Source: an uncultured delta proteobacterium (GTDB lineage Bacteria > Desulfobacterota > Binatia > UBA9968). From it: a stretch of 64,000 nt of DNA. Each line of letters starts with the position of its first letter. Positions within the stretch are counted from its first letter, which is position 1. Below the pieces are notes generated by a model. The model saw only the letters and a list, made by a program, of their open reading frames with translations. It did no database searches and was not told the origin of the DNA. The stretch covers positions 192,001 to 256,000 of the forward strand of contig CAWDPO010000045.1 in assembly GCA_963804165.1 (NCBI GenBank), written 5' to 3'. This document shows positions 39,545-53,645 of the stretch, piece by piece. A program made the position numbers and the translations under genes.

Positions 39545-40695
39545 GCATCGGCGACGCTGATAGCCGCTCTAAAGACGTGCTCGGTCGTATCTATGAATAT
39601 TTTCTCTCGCAGTTCGCCAGCGCGGAGGGCAAGAAAGGCGGCGAGTTCTACACGCCGCGCAGCGTCGTCAAGTTATTGGTTGAGATGATCGAACCGTACA
39701 ACGGGCGCGTCTATGACCCTTGCTGCGGTTCATCCGGCATGTTCGTGCAGTCAATCGAGTTCATCCACGCTCACAAGAGCGGTAATGGAAATGGCGGGAA
39801 AGCTAAGAGCGACATCAGCATCTACGGCCAAGAAAGCAATTACACGACCTGGCGCCTCGCAAAAATGAATCTCGCTTTGCGCGGCATCGACGGCCAGATC
39901 GGCCACGGCGACTCGTTTCACAATGATCGTCATCCCGATCTCAAAGCCGACTTCATCCTCGCCAATCCGCCGTTCAATATCTCCGACTGGGGCGGCGACC
40001 GTCTACGCGACGACAAACGCTGGCAGTTCGGCAAACCACCCGTCGGCAATGCCAACTTCGCTTGGGTGCAGCACATCATCTACCATCTGGCTCCGACTGG
40101 CATCGCCGGCTTCGTTCTCGCCAACGGCTCCATGTCGTCGAACCAATCCGGCGAAGGCGAAATCCGCAAGAACATTATCGAAGCCGACCTTGTCGATTGT
40201 ATGATCGCTCTCCCCGGCCAGCTCTTTTACTCGACGCAAATCCCCGCGTGCTTGTGGTTCTTGGCCCGCGACAAGAAAAATTACAAATACCGCGACCGTC
40301 GCGGCCAGGTCCTATTTATCGATGCCCGGAAGCTCGGCCAACTCGTCGATCGTACGCATCGCGAACTCACCGACGCGGAGGTTTGTCGAATCGCCGGGAT
40401 GTATCACCTTTGGCGGGGAGAAAAATCCGTTCGTCCTGAGCACGTCGAAGGACGTACAGCTTATGAAGACATCGCCGGCTTCTGCAAATCTGCTACACTC
40501 GACGACGTCTGCAAACACGGGCATGTCCTCACACCCGGTCGGTACGTTGGCTCGGAGGCCGCCGAGGACGATGGCGAAGCATTTGAGGACAAGATGAAGC
40601 GGCTCACTACGACCCTGCGCGAGCAGCAGGCCGAGGCTGCGGAGTTGGACGTCGCCATTGCCGCCAACCTGAACGAGCTTGGGTATGACAAGTAA
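39545..40695 (+). pseudogene. hsdM: Type I R-M methyltransferase, N-terminally truncated
   Basis: Begins mid-protein at [20 protein letters not shown]; GEFYTP; DPCCGSSG; NPPF; the HsdM N-terminal domain is missing. Confidence 0.88.
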
Positions 40696-41938
40696 CGACC
40701 ATCGAACAACGGTTGGTGATTACGTTACCCTCGTTCGTGGCACAACCTACAAAGGCTCACTCGTTGGCGAACCGGGCCCGGCGCTTCTTGGGCTTGGCTC
40801 GATTGAGCCGGGAGGTGGCTTCCGGATTGGGCACTACAAGACATACGGTGGCGACTGCCCGCGCGAGTTGATGCTGTTCCCAGGCGATATATATGCATCA
40901 CTCAAGGGCGCGACCAAAGACGGCAAGATGATCGGCTCTGTTGCTCGAGTTCCACCATCTGTGTCAATGGGTCGCCTTACGCAAGACACCGTGAAGCTCG
41001 TGTTTCGGAATCCTAATCCAAAGGACGCAAGCTATCTATACTGGATCCTGCGCACCCCTCAGTACAGAGAGTATTGCGCTGGGCATTCAATGGGCAGTGC
41101 AGTTGTCGCGCTTAGTCGGCGCGACTTCCTTGCGTATCCCGTCCCGCCGGTAACGACCGAGCGCAGGATGGCTGTCGTCCTGCTTGATGCGATTGAGGAA
41201 AGGATCGAAGTGAACCGGCGGATGAACGAGACGCTGGAGGCAACGGCGCGCGCGATCTTCAAGTCATGGTTCGTGGACTTCGACCCCGTCCGCGCCAAGG
41301 CCGAAGGCCGCGACCTTGGCCTACCCAAACACATCGCCGATCTCTTTCCGGACAGTTTGGAGGACTCGGAGCTTGCTGAGATTCCCGCAGGGTGGGAAGT
41401 GAGGTCACTCGGGGATTTACTCGAACTCCATTACGGCAAGGCACTGAAGGAAGAAAACCGGGTAGCTGGAAGGATTCCGGTATTTGGCTCGAACGGTCAA
41501 GTCGGCTGGCATGACGAGAAGATGGCTCATGGGCCAGGCATCATCGTTGGACGTAAAGGAAACCCAGGAATCATTACATGGGCCCCTACAGAATTCTTTG
41601 CTATCGACACAACCTTTTATGTAGTGACGAAGCCGGGCTGTAAAAGTGTTTACTTCCTCTTCTACGCCCTCAAGACACACGACCTCGCGGCATTAGGAGC
41701 CGACTCAGCGGTGCCTGGACTGAATCGCAATATGGTTTATATGAGCAAGCAGGTTGCGCCGCCCGAAGCGCTTCTCACGAAGTTTGATTCGTTCATTCAA
41801 CCGCTCTTCCAACGGATTGACAAAGCGAGCAACGAATCACGCACTCTCGTTGCGATACGGGATATAGTGCTGCCCAAGCTCATCTCTGGCGAGCTGCGGT
41901 TGAAAGACGCTGAGCGATTCATCGAAAAGGTCAACTGA
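40685..41938 (+). CDS. hsdS: Type I R-M specificity subunit
   Basis: [18 protein letters not shown]; IP.GWEV; [12 protein letters not shown]. Confidence 0.92.
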   Translation: MTSNDHRTTVGDYVTLVRGTTYKGSLVGEPGPALLGLGSIEPGGGFRIGHYKTYGGDCPRELMLFPGDIYASLKGATKDGKMIGSVARVPPSVSMGRLTQDTVKLVFRNPNPKDASYLYWILRTPQYREYCAGHSMGSAVVALSRRDFLAYPVPPVTTERRMAVVLLDAIEERIEVNRRMNETLEATARAIFKSWFVDFDPVRAKAEGRDLGLPKHIADLFPDSLEDSELAEIPAGWEVRSLGDLLELHYGKALKEENRVAGRIPVFGSNGQVGWHDEKMAHGPGIIVGRKGNPGIITWAPTEFFAIDTTFYVVTKPGCKSVYFLFYALKTHDLAALGADSAVPGLNRNMVYMSKQVAPPEALLTKFDSFIQPLFQRIDKASNESRTLVAIRDIVLPKLISGELRLKDAERFIEKVN

Positions 41939-42609
41939 TGGCGGAGGCGATCATTGCTTCCTTCGTGATGCACGGTGCTCGCGACGCCATCGCGGCCGGA
42001 CTCATGCACATTGAGGAGCAGGTAAAGGCGATCGAGCGTGCTGTGGTCGAGAATCCGGCACTTGCGTTTGATCTCGCCAGAACACTGGTCGAGAGTGTAT
42101 GCCGGACGGTGCTCAGTGAACGCGCGATTGCTTACACCGAAGACGATGACTTACCGAAGTTGTTCAGAATGATCTCCCGATCCGTGCCTTTTCTTCCCGC
42201 GACGGCCAGCAGGGAAGCGGGGACTCGGGAGAGTCTTGCTCGAACACTTGGTGGCCTGAGTGCCGCGATTCAGGGGGTCTGCGAACTGCGTAATCAATGT
42301 GGATTCGCATCGCTTGGGTCGGACAATCCGCGTCCGGCAATGGAATCGGTACAGGCGCTATTGGCGGCCGAGACGGCTGACACTATTGTCGGTTTCATCC
42401 ACCGTGTGCATCGACAGGACCGGAAGCCCCCGCCGTCGCGGAGTGCGACGTACGAGGACAACGCCGCCTTCAATGAATCGGTTGATGAGTCCCACGGCAT
42501 AATCCGCATCTTCGACTCTGAATTTCGCCCGAGCGAAGTGTTGTTCCAGATGGAGCCAGAGAGCTATCGCGTGTATCTCGCCGAGTTCGATGACGAGAGC
42601 TCGGAATGA
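41938..42609 (+). CDS. Abortive infection Abi_C (HEPN-like) family protein
   Basis: LARTLVESVCRTVL; DLPKLF; LRNQCGFAS(L)G. Confidence 0.7.
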   Translation: MAEAIIASFVMHGARDAIAAGLMHIEEQVKAIERAVVENPALAFDLARTLVESVCRTVLSERAIAYTEDDDLPKLFRMISRSVPFLPATASREAGTRESLARTLGGLSAAIQGVCELRNQCGFASLGSDNPRPAMESVQALLAAETADTIVGFIHRVHRQDRKPPPSRSATYEDNAAFNESVDESHGIIRIFDSEFRPSEVLFQMEPESYRVYLAEFDDESSE

Positions 42610-42742
42610 GGAACAGCGACCGAGGGAGACTGACGCGAATAAATTGCGAAACGGCGCGGTAGCTACTGAAGAATCATCGGTGGTTCGAGACGAAACAGGC
42701 TCGACGATAAAGGCACGAGTAAAGACCAAGCAAGATCGTGAT

Positions 42743-44153
42743 ATGGCGACGACACCTGAACAGATCGACCTATGGAGGCAATCTCCTTCCGAGCATCAGC
42801 GCCTCGAATTTAAAGAAGCGAAGACGCAATTCGACAATCGCAACCTTTATGAATACTGCGTAGCTATCGCGAACGAAGGGGGAGGCTTTCTGCTACTTGG
42901 TATCGCCGCCAAGCTCCCGCGTCCGGTTGTGGGTACGAAAGCATTTAGGAACCCCGTAGCCATGGCTGAGAAGCTTTTCCAGGCGGTGGGATTTCGCGTC
43001 GACATTGAGGAAGTGACACATCCCGACGGGCGCATAGTGGTGTTTCATATCCCCTCGCGACCACGAGGTACTGCTTACCACTTCGATGGAAAGTACTTGA
43101 TGCGAGCTGGCGAGGCGTTGGTGCCAATGAGCGAAGACCAGCTCCGGCGGATTTTTGCCGAGGGTCAACCGGACTGGTTAGAGGAACATTCGAAAACCGA
43201 TTTAGACCCCGAGCAAATCGTAGAACTTCTCGATACGCAAACGTTTTTCGAGCTACTCAAGCGTCCATACCCCACAGAACAGTCCGGCGTCATTGACCGG
43301 CTGCTGCAGGATCGCCTGATTGATGAGGTTGAGGGGGGATACGGTATCCGTAGGCTCGGCGCCGTTCTGTTGGCGAAGCGGTTGGCTGATTTCTCTGATC
43401 TGGCGCGTAAGGTTCCGCGCGTGATTGTATATAGCGGCGCGTCGAAATTGGAGACCCGTCTCGATCAGACCGGAGCCCGAGGCTATGCGGTCGGTTTTCA
43501 GTGGCTGGTGCGGTTTGTCATGAACCAGTTACCCCAAAACGAGGTCATTGAGAACGCGCTGCGAAAAGAGGTGAAGCTGGTTCCGGAGATCGTGATCCGT
43601 GAATTGGTTGCCAATGCCTTGATCCACCAGGATTTCGCGATAGGCGGTTCTTCTGTGATGGTTGAGATTTATAGCAACCGTGTCGAGATTTCGAATCCTG
43701 GTGAGCCAGTCGTGCCAGTTGAACGATTTATAGACGGTTATCAGTCCCGTAACGAGCGGCTTGCGGATTTAATGCGCCGGCTACACATATGCGAGGAGAA
43801 AAGCAGCGGGATCGACAAAGTCATTTATACGGTGGAAGCTTATCAACTTCCCGCACCGGATTTTCGTGCGGGCGCATCGTCGCACCCTTGTGATTATTTA
43901 TGGACCGAAAGATTTCGAGGATATGGATCGAGATGACCGAATTCGGGCTTGTTACCAGCATGGTGCGCTCAAGTGGGTCATGTCCGAAAGAATGACCAAT
44001 CAGTCGTTGAGAGAGCGGTTCCGGTTGCCAGAGGCGAAGAGTGCTATTGCCTCACAGATAATTGCCGCGACTATGGAGGCTGGTCTTATAAAGCCGGATG
44101 AAAAGGTCGGGACGTCTCGCAAATTCGCCCGTTATCTTCCGTTTTGGGCGTGA
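42743..44153 (+). pseudogene. AlbA_2 (Schlafen-like) + HATPase_c_4/RecG-C-like protein, frameshift near 43870-43885
   Basis: E..RLEFKEA; AIANEGGG.L..GI; RELVANALIHQDF; EISNPG; SRNE.LA; EEKSSG.DK; C-terminal RIRACYQH...YLPFWA in another frame. Confidence 0.8.
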
Positions 44154-44277
44154 TCTTATTTAAGGCTAATCATAACCGCGACGGCCATTCAGGTATTAAG
44201 TGCCCAAAAAGTAACGGCTTTTTTATTTAAGCGTTTGCCTTAGGACCTGTCGGCGCTGAGAAGCAGATCGATAAAAT

Positions 44278-47433
<3,156 letters not shown>

Positions 47434-47539
47434 TCTTTCAGTCGGACTCGATTCAACCCGCTGTCAAATCTCCTTGACGCCCCTCTCTCTCATCCGCCCT
47501 ATCTTAGCGCAGCTTACGAACAACCGACTGTGACCGTTC

Positions 47540-47710
47540 ATGGCGATTCTAACCTTGCACAACGTCAGCAAATTCTTCGGCGACGCCGATAACGGGTCGG
47601 AACAGGTCGTGGCGATCAATGATGTTTCGTTTGATGTCAGCGCGGGGGAATTTTTTTCGATCATCGGGCCTTCGGGTTGCGGCAAATCGACGCTGCTGCG
47701 AATCACCTGA
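47540..47710 (+). pseudogene. Duplicated 5' fragment (56 codons) of the downstream ABC ATPase gene
   Basis: [56 protein letters not shown]-stop, compared with the 47958 gene. Confidence 0.88.
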
Positions 47711-47760
47711 CGCATTGTGCTGGAAATTCTCGGATGCCCTTCAACGCGATCAACGGCAAT

Positions 47761-47836
47761 AAATGTCGGCACTTAGCTGTAACTGCCGACATTTGGTGCA
47801 TTCGCGATGTCGGGAGTTGTGCACAATCCCGGACAT
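47761..47836. repeat. Two related inverted-repeat sites
   Basis: AAATGTCGGCA-N12-TGCCGACATTT and ATGTCGGGA-N11-TCCCGGACAT. Confidence 0.65.
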
Positions 47837-47957
47837 TTTGTATCTTTTAGACGCGGGCGGGTTCACCGAAACCACATGCTATCATTCTCCCTTGACGCCC
47901 CTTGTGATTGCGCCTATTTGTAGAGCGCGATTTATCGCGCCCTGGTGAGACGAATCA

Positions 47958-48758
47958 ATGGCGATCTTGACCCTGCGCAACGTCAGCAAATTCTTCGGCG
48001 ACGCCGACAACGGCTCGGAGCAAGTTGTGGCGATCACTGATGTCTCACTCGACGTGAGCGCAGGGGAATTTTTTTCGATCATCGGCCCTTCGGGTTGCGG
48101 CAAATCGACGCTGCTGAGAATCATCGGCGGCTTGCTTGCCGCATCGAGCGGGGAATTGACCGTCGGCTCCGAGAAGGTCAATGGCCCGCATCCGTGGCTC
48201 GGCATGGTCTTTCAGGAGGAATCCACTTTCCCCTGGCGCACGACGCTGGGAAACGTCGAGTTCGGGCTCGAGATGCGCGGCATGTCGCAAGAGGAGCGCA
48301 GGCAAAAATCCCGCGAGATGATTCGTCTGGTCGGTTTATCAGGGTTCGAGGAGCGCTATCCGTCGGAGCTTTCCGGCGGCATGAAGCAGCGCGTCGCCAT
48401 CGCCCGCGCGCTGGTGCTCGAACCGAAGATTTTGTTGATGGACGAACCCTTCGGCGCTTTGGACGAGCAGACCCGGATCATTCTCGGTGAAGAGTTGTTG
48501 CGCATTCGCGATCAGCTCAAGCAGACGATCATTTTGGTCACGCATAATATCAATGAATCGGTGCAACTCTCCGACCGCGTGATGATCATGACTGCGCGGC
48601 CGGGCCGGGTGAAGGAAGTCGTGCCGATTGACTTGCCCCATCCGCGCGACTCGACGATCATCGCCTCGGACCGATTCGGCAAGCTCGTCGGCCAGGTATG
48701 GGGCGCGCTCAGAGAAGAATCGATCAAAAGCTTCAAACAATCGGAACAGAGAACTTAA
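47958..48758 (+). CDS. ABC transporter ATP-binding protein (NitT/TauT family)
   Basis: GPSGCGKS; LSGGMKQR; LLMDEPFGALD; VTH. Confidence 0.95.
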   Translation: MAILTLRNVSKFFGDADNGSEQVVAITDVSLDVSAGEFFSIIGPSGCGKSTLLRIIGGLLAASSGELTVGSEKVNGPHPWLGMVFQEESTFPWRTTLGNVEFGLEMRGMSQEERRQKSREMIRLVGLSGFEERYPSELSGGMKQRVAIARALVLEPKILLMDEPFGALDEQTRIILGEELLRIRDQLKQTIILVTHNINESVQLSDRVMIMTARPGRVKEVVPIDLPHPRDSTIIASDRFGKLVGQVWGALREESIKSFKQSEQRT

Positions 48759-48770
48759 GGAGGGCCGTCA

Positions 48771-49778
48771 ATGAAAACCCCAACCGGGAATCTGCGACAA
48801 AAAGTTTTATTGGGCCTATTTGTCATATTGGGCCTATTCGCCTTCGCTTCGTCCACTTGGGCCGCCGCCGCGCGCACGAAGATCATCGTCGTTGTGCCGC
48901 ACCGTATTTTGTTTACCGTCGCCTTGCCGGTGTACGTCGCCCACGAAAAGGGGTTTTATCGAGAGAATAATATCGACGTCGACGCCGTCTTCACCCGCGG
49001 CGGCGGCGAGAACGTGCAAGCGGTGGTTTCCGGCGATGCACAGATCGGCCTGGGCACCGGCACGCTGGCAGTGATCAGCGCGTTCGTGAAAAAAGCGCCG
49101 ATCAAAATCGCCGCCGCCGAGATCACCGGCATGGACGCGTTTTGGTACGTGCAGAGCAATACGCCGATACGTAAGATCGAAGACCTCGCCGGCAAGAAAG
49201 TCGCCTACAGCCGGCCGGGTTCTTCGAGCCACATGGCAGTAATGGCCATCGCCGATCAGATCAAGGCCAAGGGATTGAAACCCGCCGAGCCGGTTTCACT
49301 AGGCGGCATCCCCGAGGTATACACTGCGGTTCGCGTCGGGCAGGCCGACTCGGGATGGTCGGTGGCGCCGTTTCAGCTAGATCGCGTGGAAAAAGGTGAA
49401 TTGCGCGTGGTCGTGAAAGGCGACGAGATTGCGGCGATGAAAGAGATCACTCCGCGGGTGCATTTCATCAACAACGACTTCGCCGCCAAGAATCCCGACG
49501 CCGTGCGCGGCTTTTTCCGCGCGCAACAGCGCGCTCTCGACTACATGTTCGAGCACAAAGAGGAGACCGCAAAAATATGGATTCGCCGGGCTGAAATGAA
49601 ATACCCGGAGGCCGCCGTGCTCAAGACCTGGGACTACTACAATAGAGCGGCGATGACTCTCAAACCGATCCGCGGCCTGCAGGCAACCATCGAAGACGGC
49701 ATCAGGAACAAGTTTTTGACCCAGCCGCTCACTCAAGCGGAGATCAATAGCTTGATCGATCTGAGCTTTTTGCCCTGA
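48771..49778 (+). CDS. ABC substrate-binding protein (NMT1/SsuA-like)
   Basis: Signal peptide; A.EKGFY; DLAGKKVA...GSSS; located in the ABC operon. Confidence 0.88.
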   Translation: MKTPTGNLRQKVLLGLFVILGLFAFASSTWAAAARTKIIVVVPHRILFTVALPVYVAHEKGFYRENNIDVDAVFTRGGGENVQAVVSGDAQIGLGTGTLAVISAFVKKAPIKIAAAEITGMDAFWYVQSNTPIRKIEDLAGKKVAYSRPGSSSHMAVMAIADQIKAKGLKPAEPVSLGGIPEVYTAVRVGQADSGWSVAPFQLDRVEKGELRVVVKGDEIAAMKEITPRVHFINNDFAAKNPDAVRGFFRAQQRALDYMFEHKEETAKIWIRRAEMKYPEAAVLKTWDYYNRAAMTLKPIRGLQATIEDGIRNKFLTQPLTQAEINSLIDLSFLP

Positions 49779-49910
49779 TTGAAATCCACGGTTTGAGCGA
49801 CTTGAACGTTTTGAACAGCTTGAACGGAGTTTCTTACGTCTGAAGCTAAGCGACTCACCGCCTGGCGCCTAGGCATTATTGTTGGCGTCCTCGCGATCGT
49901 CGAAACCTCG

Positions 49911-50582
49911 GTGCGCGTGGGTTGGATCAGCACTTTCTTTCTCGCCGCACCGACGCGGGCCGCGGTTGTGCTGTTTGAGCAAATCATCCACGGCAACGCG
50001 CTTCTGTTAACCGGAATCACCCTGTTCGAAATCGCCGCCTGTCTGGTCATCGCCACCGTTTTCGGCGTGCTTGCCGGGTTTCTCCTCTGGCGCTACAAGC
50101 TGATCGGCCACAGCTACGAGATGTTTTTGGCGGCGTTATTTTCTTCGCCGGTGATTCTTGCCTATCCGATCTTTCTCGTCACGTTCGGCCGCAGCAGCGC
50201 CGCGGTGATCGCGCTCTCGTCGATTTTTGGCTTGATCCCGATCATCATGAACACCAAGGGCGCGTTTCAAAACGTCAACCCGATTTTGCTCCAGGTCGGC
50301 GCCAGCATGAAGCTGACCCGCAAGCAGATGTTCCGGCATATTCTTATTCCCGCCGTGGCGCCGACGATCTTCAGCGGCTTTCGTCTCGCGTTAACGTACA
50401 TCTTAAAATCCGTCCTCGGGCTGGAATACGTCGCCCAGGTCGGCGGCGTCGGCATGTGGTTGTCCGACGCGGCGTTCAAGTTCGAAGTGGAAGAAGTTTA
50501 TGCCGGCTTGTTCGGCACGATTCTGTTGTCGATTCTGTTTCTTTACCTGATCAACCGGAGCGAAATCTTCGTGCGCAAATAG
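49911..50582 (+). CDS. ABC transporter permease (true start probably near 49820)
   Basis: Hydrophobic; EAA-like loop ILIPAVAPTIFSGFRL; frame is open upstream to about 49824. Confidence 0.85.
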   Translation: MRVGWISTFFLAAPTRAAVVLFEQIIHGNALLLTGITLFEIAACLVIATVFGVLAGFLLWRYKLIGHSYEMFLAALFSSPVILAYPIFLVTFGRSSAAVIALSSIFGLIPIIMNTKGAFQNVNPILLQVGASMKLTRKQMFRHILIPAVAPTIFSGFRLALTYILKSVLGLEYVAQVGGVGMWLSDAAFKFEVEEVYAGLFGTILLSILFLYLINRSEIFVRK

Positions 50583-50584
50583 CC

Positions 50585-51400
50585 ATGGAACGAACCGAGC
50601 GAAAGTCCGCCGCGTTCGCGGCGCATATTCAGACGCCGTTGGGCGTGCAAGCTCTGACTCTTCTTGTGGTCGTCCTGGTGTGGGAATTTATCGGCCGGAC
50701 GGGCGTGTTGTTTCCCGAGCTCTTTCCATCCGTCCTGGAGATCTTGCAATCGCTTTGGACCTACGTCACCACGCCTTTGATGATTCCGCACATCAAAGCG
50801 AGCCTTTACGAAGTCGGCGGCGCCATTGGCATCGCAATTATCTGCGGCGTGCCCCTGGGGATTCTTTGGGGCAGCCGACAGAGCTGGCTGGAGATCGTTG
50901 AGCCGCTCATTCTTTATGCAGCCGTGGTGCCCAAGATCGTCATCTTTCCGATATTTATTTTATTCCTGGGTATCGACGTCCATTCCAAGCTCGCGGTCGG
51001 CGCCATCGCGGCGTTTTTCCCGATCTCGCTGTTGACCATAGCCGGCATGAGAGAAGTGAAAAGAGTATACGTCGACGTCGCCCGCACGGTCGGCGCCACT
51101 CCGTTGCAAATCGCCACCCGCGTCTACCTGCCGGCGATCGCCGGCCAGGTGTTCACCGGCATCAGAATCGGCATGGGCGCGGCGGTGACCGGCGCACTGC
51201 TCGCGGAAACAAAGATCGCCAAGGCCGGCTTGGGTTTCATGATCGTCGAATATTACGGCCAGTTTCGCATCGCCGACATGTATTCGCTGTTGCTGTTCAT
51301 TTTTATATTGGCCGCCCTGACCAATTGGGCGATGAAATTATTATTTTCCCGCCTGTCGCCGCTCGGCCGCGCCAATCAAGACGCCGGCATGTATATTTGA
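50585..51400 (+). CDS. ABC transporter permease
   Basis: VPKIVIFP; ARTVGA....VYLPA....FTGIRIG; GLG..I. Confidence 0.9.
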   Translation: MERTERKSAAFAAHIQTPLGVQALTLLVVVLVWEFIGRTGVLFPELFPSVLEILQSLWTYVTTPLMIPHIKASLYEVGGAIGIAIICGVPLGILWGSRQSWLEIVEPLILYAAVVPKIVIFPIFILFLGIDVHSKLAVGAIAAFFPISLLTIAGMREVKRVYVDVARTVGATPLQIATRVYLPAIAGQVFTGIRIGMGAAVTGALLAETKIAKAGLGFMIVEYYGQFRIADMYSLLLFIFILAALTNWAMKLLFSRLSPLGRANQDAGMYI

Positions 51401-51415
51401 GGGTACGAAATCTCC

Positions 51416-52186
51416 ATGAAAAAACTTCTGATTTTAATCCGACAAAGACTCGGCGCCGCACAGATAGTGCGGCGCGTATACCGCTATCTGCCTTCCGGCA
51501 AGCGTTGCAAAGAATGCCTCGTGCCGTTTTTGGGAATCTGCTCGCTGCCCTTCCGTCTGCTGCAGATCCGGCCGTCAAGAAAGAATCCCAATCTCTGCAC
51601 GCTGTGATACGAGCTCGCTCCTCCGGGCGGGGAGACGCTTGTCATTTCGGTTTTATTCGTCGACGTCCGCGGTTTTACCTCGCTCGCCGAACAGCTTCAG
51701 CCCGGAGATGTGGCCACTCAGCTGAACCGCTTCTACGATGTCGCCTCGAAGGCGATCTTTTTGCACGACGGCACCTTGGACAAGCTCGTCGGCGATCAGG
51801 TCATGGCGTTTTTCGGCGCGCCGGTGCAGCGCGCGGATCATCCCCGGCGCGCGCTTCAAGCAGCTTGGGAAATTTTAAATAGCGTGATGTCAACGAAAGG
51901 CGATGGTCTGCGCGTGGGCGCCGGCATCAGCACCGGCGAAGCGTTCGTCGGCAATGTCGGCAGCGGAGCGATGACCGATTACACCGTTCTCGGCGACACC
52001 GTCAACGTCGCCGCGCGCCTCCAGGGCGAGGCAGCTCCGGGAGAGATTCTTGTTTCTCAAGAAACCTATAGCCATGTGGCCTCGGATTATCCCAATGCGA
52101 TCCGCCGGGAATTGTTACTTAAGGGCAAGAGCGAACCGGTCGTCGCCTGGCAAATAGATATAAAAACTTCGACGACGCGTCGCTGA
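51416..52186 (+). CDS. Class III adenylate cyclase with N-terminal CxxC...CxxU motif; in-frame TGA at 51605-51607 (candidate Sec64)
   Basis: Track ORFs 51416-51607 and 51710-52186 share one frame, joined by YELAPPGGETLVISVLFVDVRGFT; DKLVGD; DYTVLGDTVNVAARLQ; LKGK. Confidence 0.85.
51609..51642 (+). promoter_or_regulatory. SECIS-like hairpin
   Basis: Lower stem ACGAGC/GCTTGT; upper stem CTCC(T)CC-GGGC-GGGGAG with bulged U; loop starts 17 nt after the TGA. Confidence 0.65.
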
Positions 52187-52462
52187 TCAGGCTTCCCAAG
52201 AAATGTGCGCAGCGACTGGTTGAAACAAAGTTTCGAAAATCTCTCCGGCGTGCATACATTTTCAGAAATCGCAAAATTCACGGGCGGGGCCCCGTGATTG
52301 ATCGTAATTGCAAATACATTGCAACTACAAAACTAATGTCAATAGTGGCTCCTGGGCCCTTTGCTGCGTTGCTATCGCCGGCTCTCGCCGCCGCTCGATT
52401 GACAGCGGCGCACCAACTCCACTAGTGTGAGGTTAATTTTTCATGACGAGGGAGATAATTTT

Positions 52463-53566
52463 ATGGAAACGCCGATCGCCGCCCGGATCATCGACGCCGA
52501 TGCCCATGTCGTCGAGTGCGCCCATACTTGGGATTTCATGGATCCTTCGGAACGGCAGTATCGGCCGATTCCGCTGGAGACCCGTGAAGAAGCGGGAGTC
52601 AAACTTCAGTTCTGGCTGATCGACGGCAAAGTCAGGGGATTTCGCTTTCCCGCGTTTTCCGCCGAAGAGTTAGCCAAGCTGGCGCAAAAAGTTGGCCGCA
52701 AGTTCGCCGACGCGCAGGAAGCCCGCGAGCTCGGCAACGTTGAGCTCCGTTTGCGCCACATGGATGAAACCGGCGTCGACGTCCAGGTGCTGCACAACAC
52801 CGTGTTCATCGAGTCGGCAACCGATCGCGCCGGCGTTGAGGTCGCTTTATACAAAAGCTGGAACCGCTGGTTGGCCGACATTTGGCAACAGAGCGACGGA
52901 CGGTTGCGCTGGTCGTGCATGGCACCGACGCTCAGTATGCCCGATGCTCTCGATCAGATTCGCTGGTCGAACGAGCATGGCGCGTGCGCGGTCATGCTGC
53001 GTCCCATCGAAGGACAGCGGTTGCTCGCCGACCCGTATTTTTATCCGATTTACGACGAAGCGCAGAAGCTCGATCTGCCGATTGCGATTCACATCGCCAA
53101 CGGCAACGCCTGGCTTACCGACTTGTATAGCCACCCGGTGCGCATCGCGTCGACCTTTCACCGCTTTAGAATTCCCACGGTGGGATCATTCAACGATATC
53201 ATTATGAGTGAGATTCACGAGGTGTTTCCGAGGCTGCGTTTCGGTTTTATCGAGGCCAGCGCCCAATGGCTGCCTTGGGTAATGCACGAAGCGCGCAATC
53301 GCTTTAGAACCCTTGGCAGAAAATGGCCTGAGAACGGTGTGCGTGAGTTGGGCATGTACGTCACCTGTGAAAATTCCGACGACATTCCCTACATCGTCCG
53401 CGAAGCCGGTGAAGACTGCCTCGTAATCGGCACCGATTACGGTCACACCGACACTTCAAGCGACGTCGACGCGATCAAAGTGTTCAGAAATCGCAGCGAT
53501 CTTTCGCCCGGCGTCAAGCAAAAGATTTTGAGCGACAACGCGCGTGCGCTTTACGCTCTGTCATAA
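52463..53566 (+). CDS. Amidohydrolase_2 family protein
   Basis: IDADAHVVE; PIAIH; FP.LRFGFIEA...W.P; GTDYGH.D. Confidence 0.88.
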   Translation: METPIAARIIDADAHVVECAHTWDFMDPSERQYRPIPLETREEAGVKLQFWLIDGKVRGFRFPAFSAEELAKLAQKVGRKFADAQEARELGNVELRLRHMDETGVDVQVLHNTVFIESATDRAGVEVALYKSWNRWLADIWQQSDGRLRWSCMAPTLSMPDALDQIRWSNEHGACAVMLRPIEGQRLLADPYFYPIYDEAQKLDLPIAIHIANGNAWLTDLYSHPVRIASTFHRFRIPTVGSFNDIIMSEIHEVFPRLRFGFIEASAQWLPWVMHEARNRFRTLGRKWPENGVRELGMYVTCENSDDIPYIVREAGEDCLVIGTDYGHTDTSSDVDAIKVFRNRSDLSPGVKQKILSDNARALYALS

Positions 53567-53645
53567 GTTCAAGGTTCCGGGTTCAACGTAGAGAATTGGA
53601 ATTCGGCGTTGAACTTTGAAATTTAACGTTGAACTGTCCAATCGC

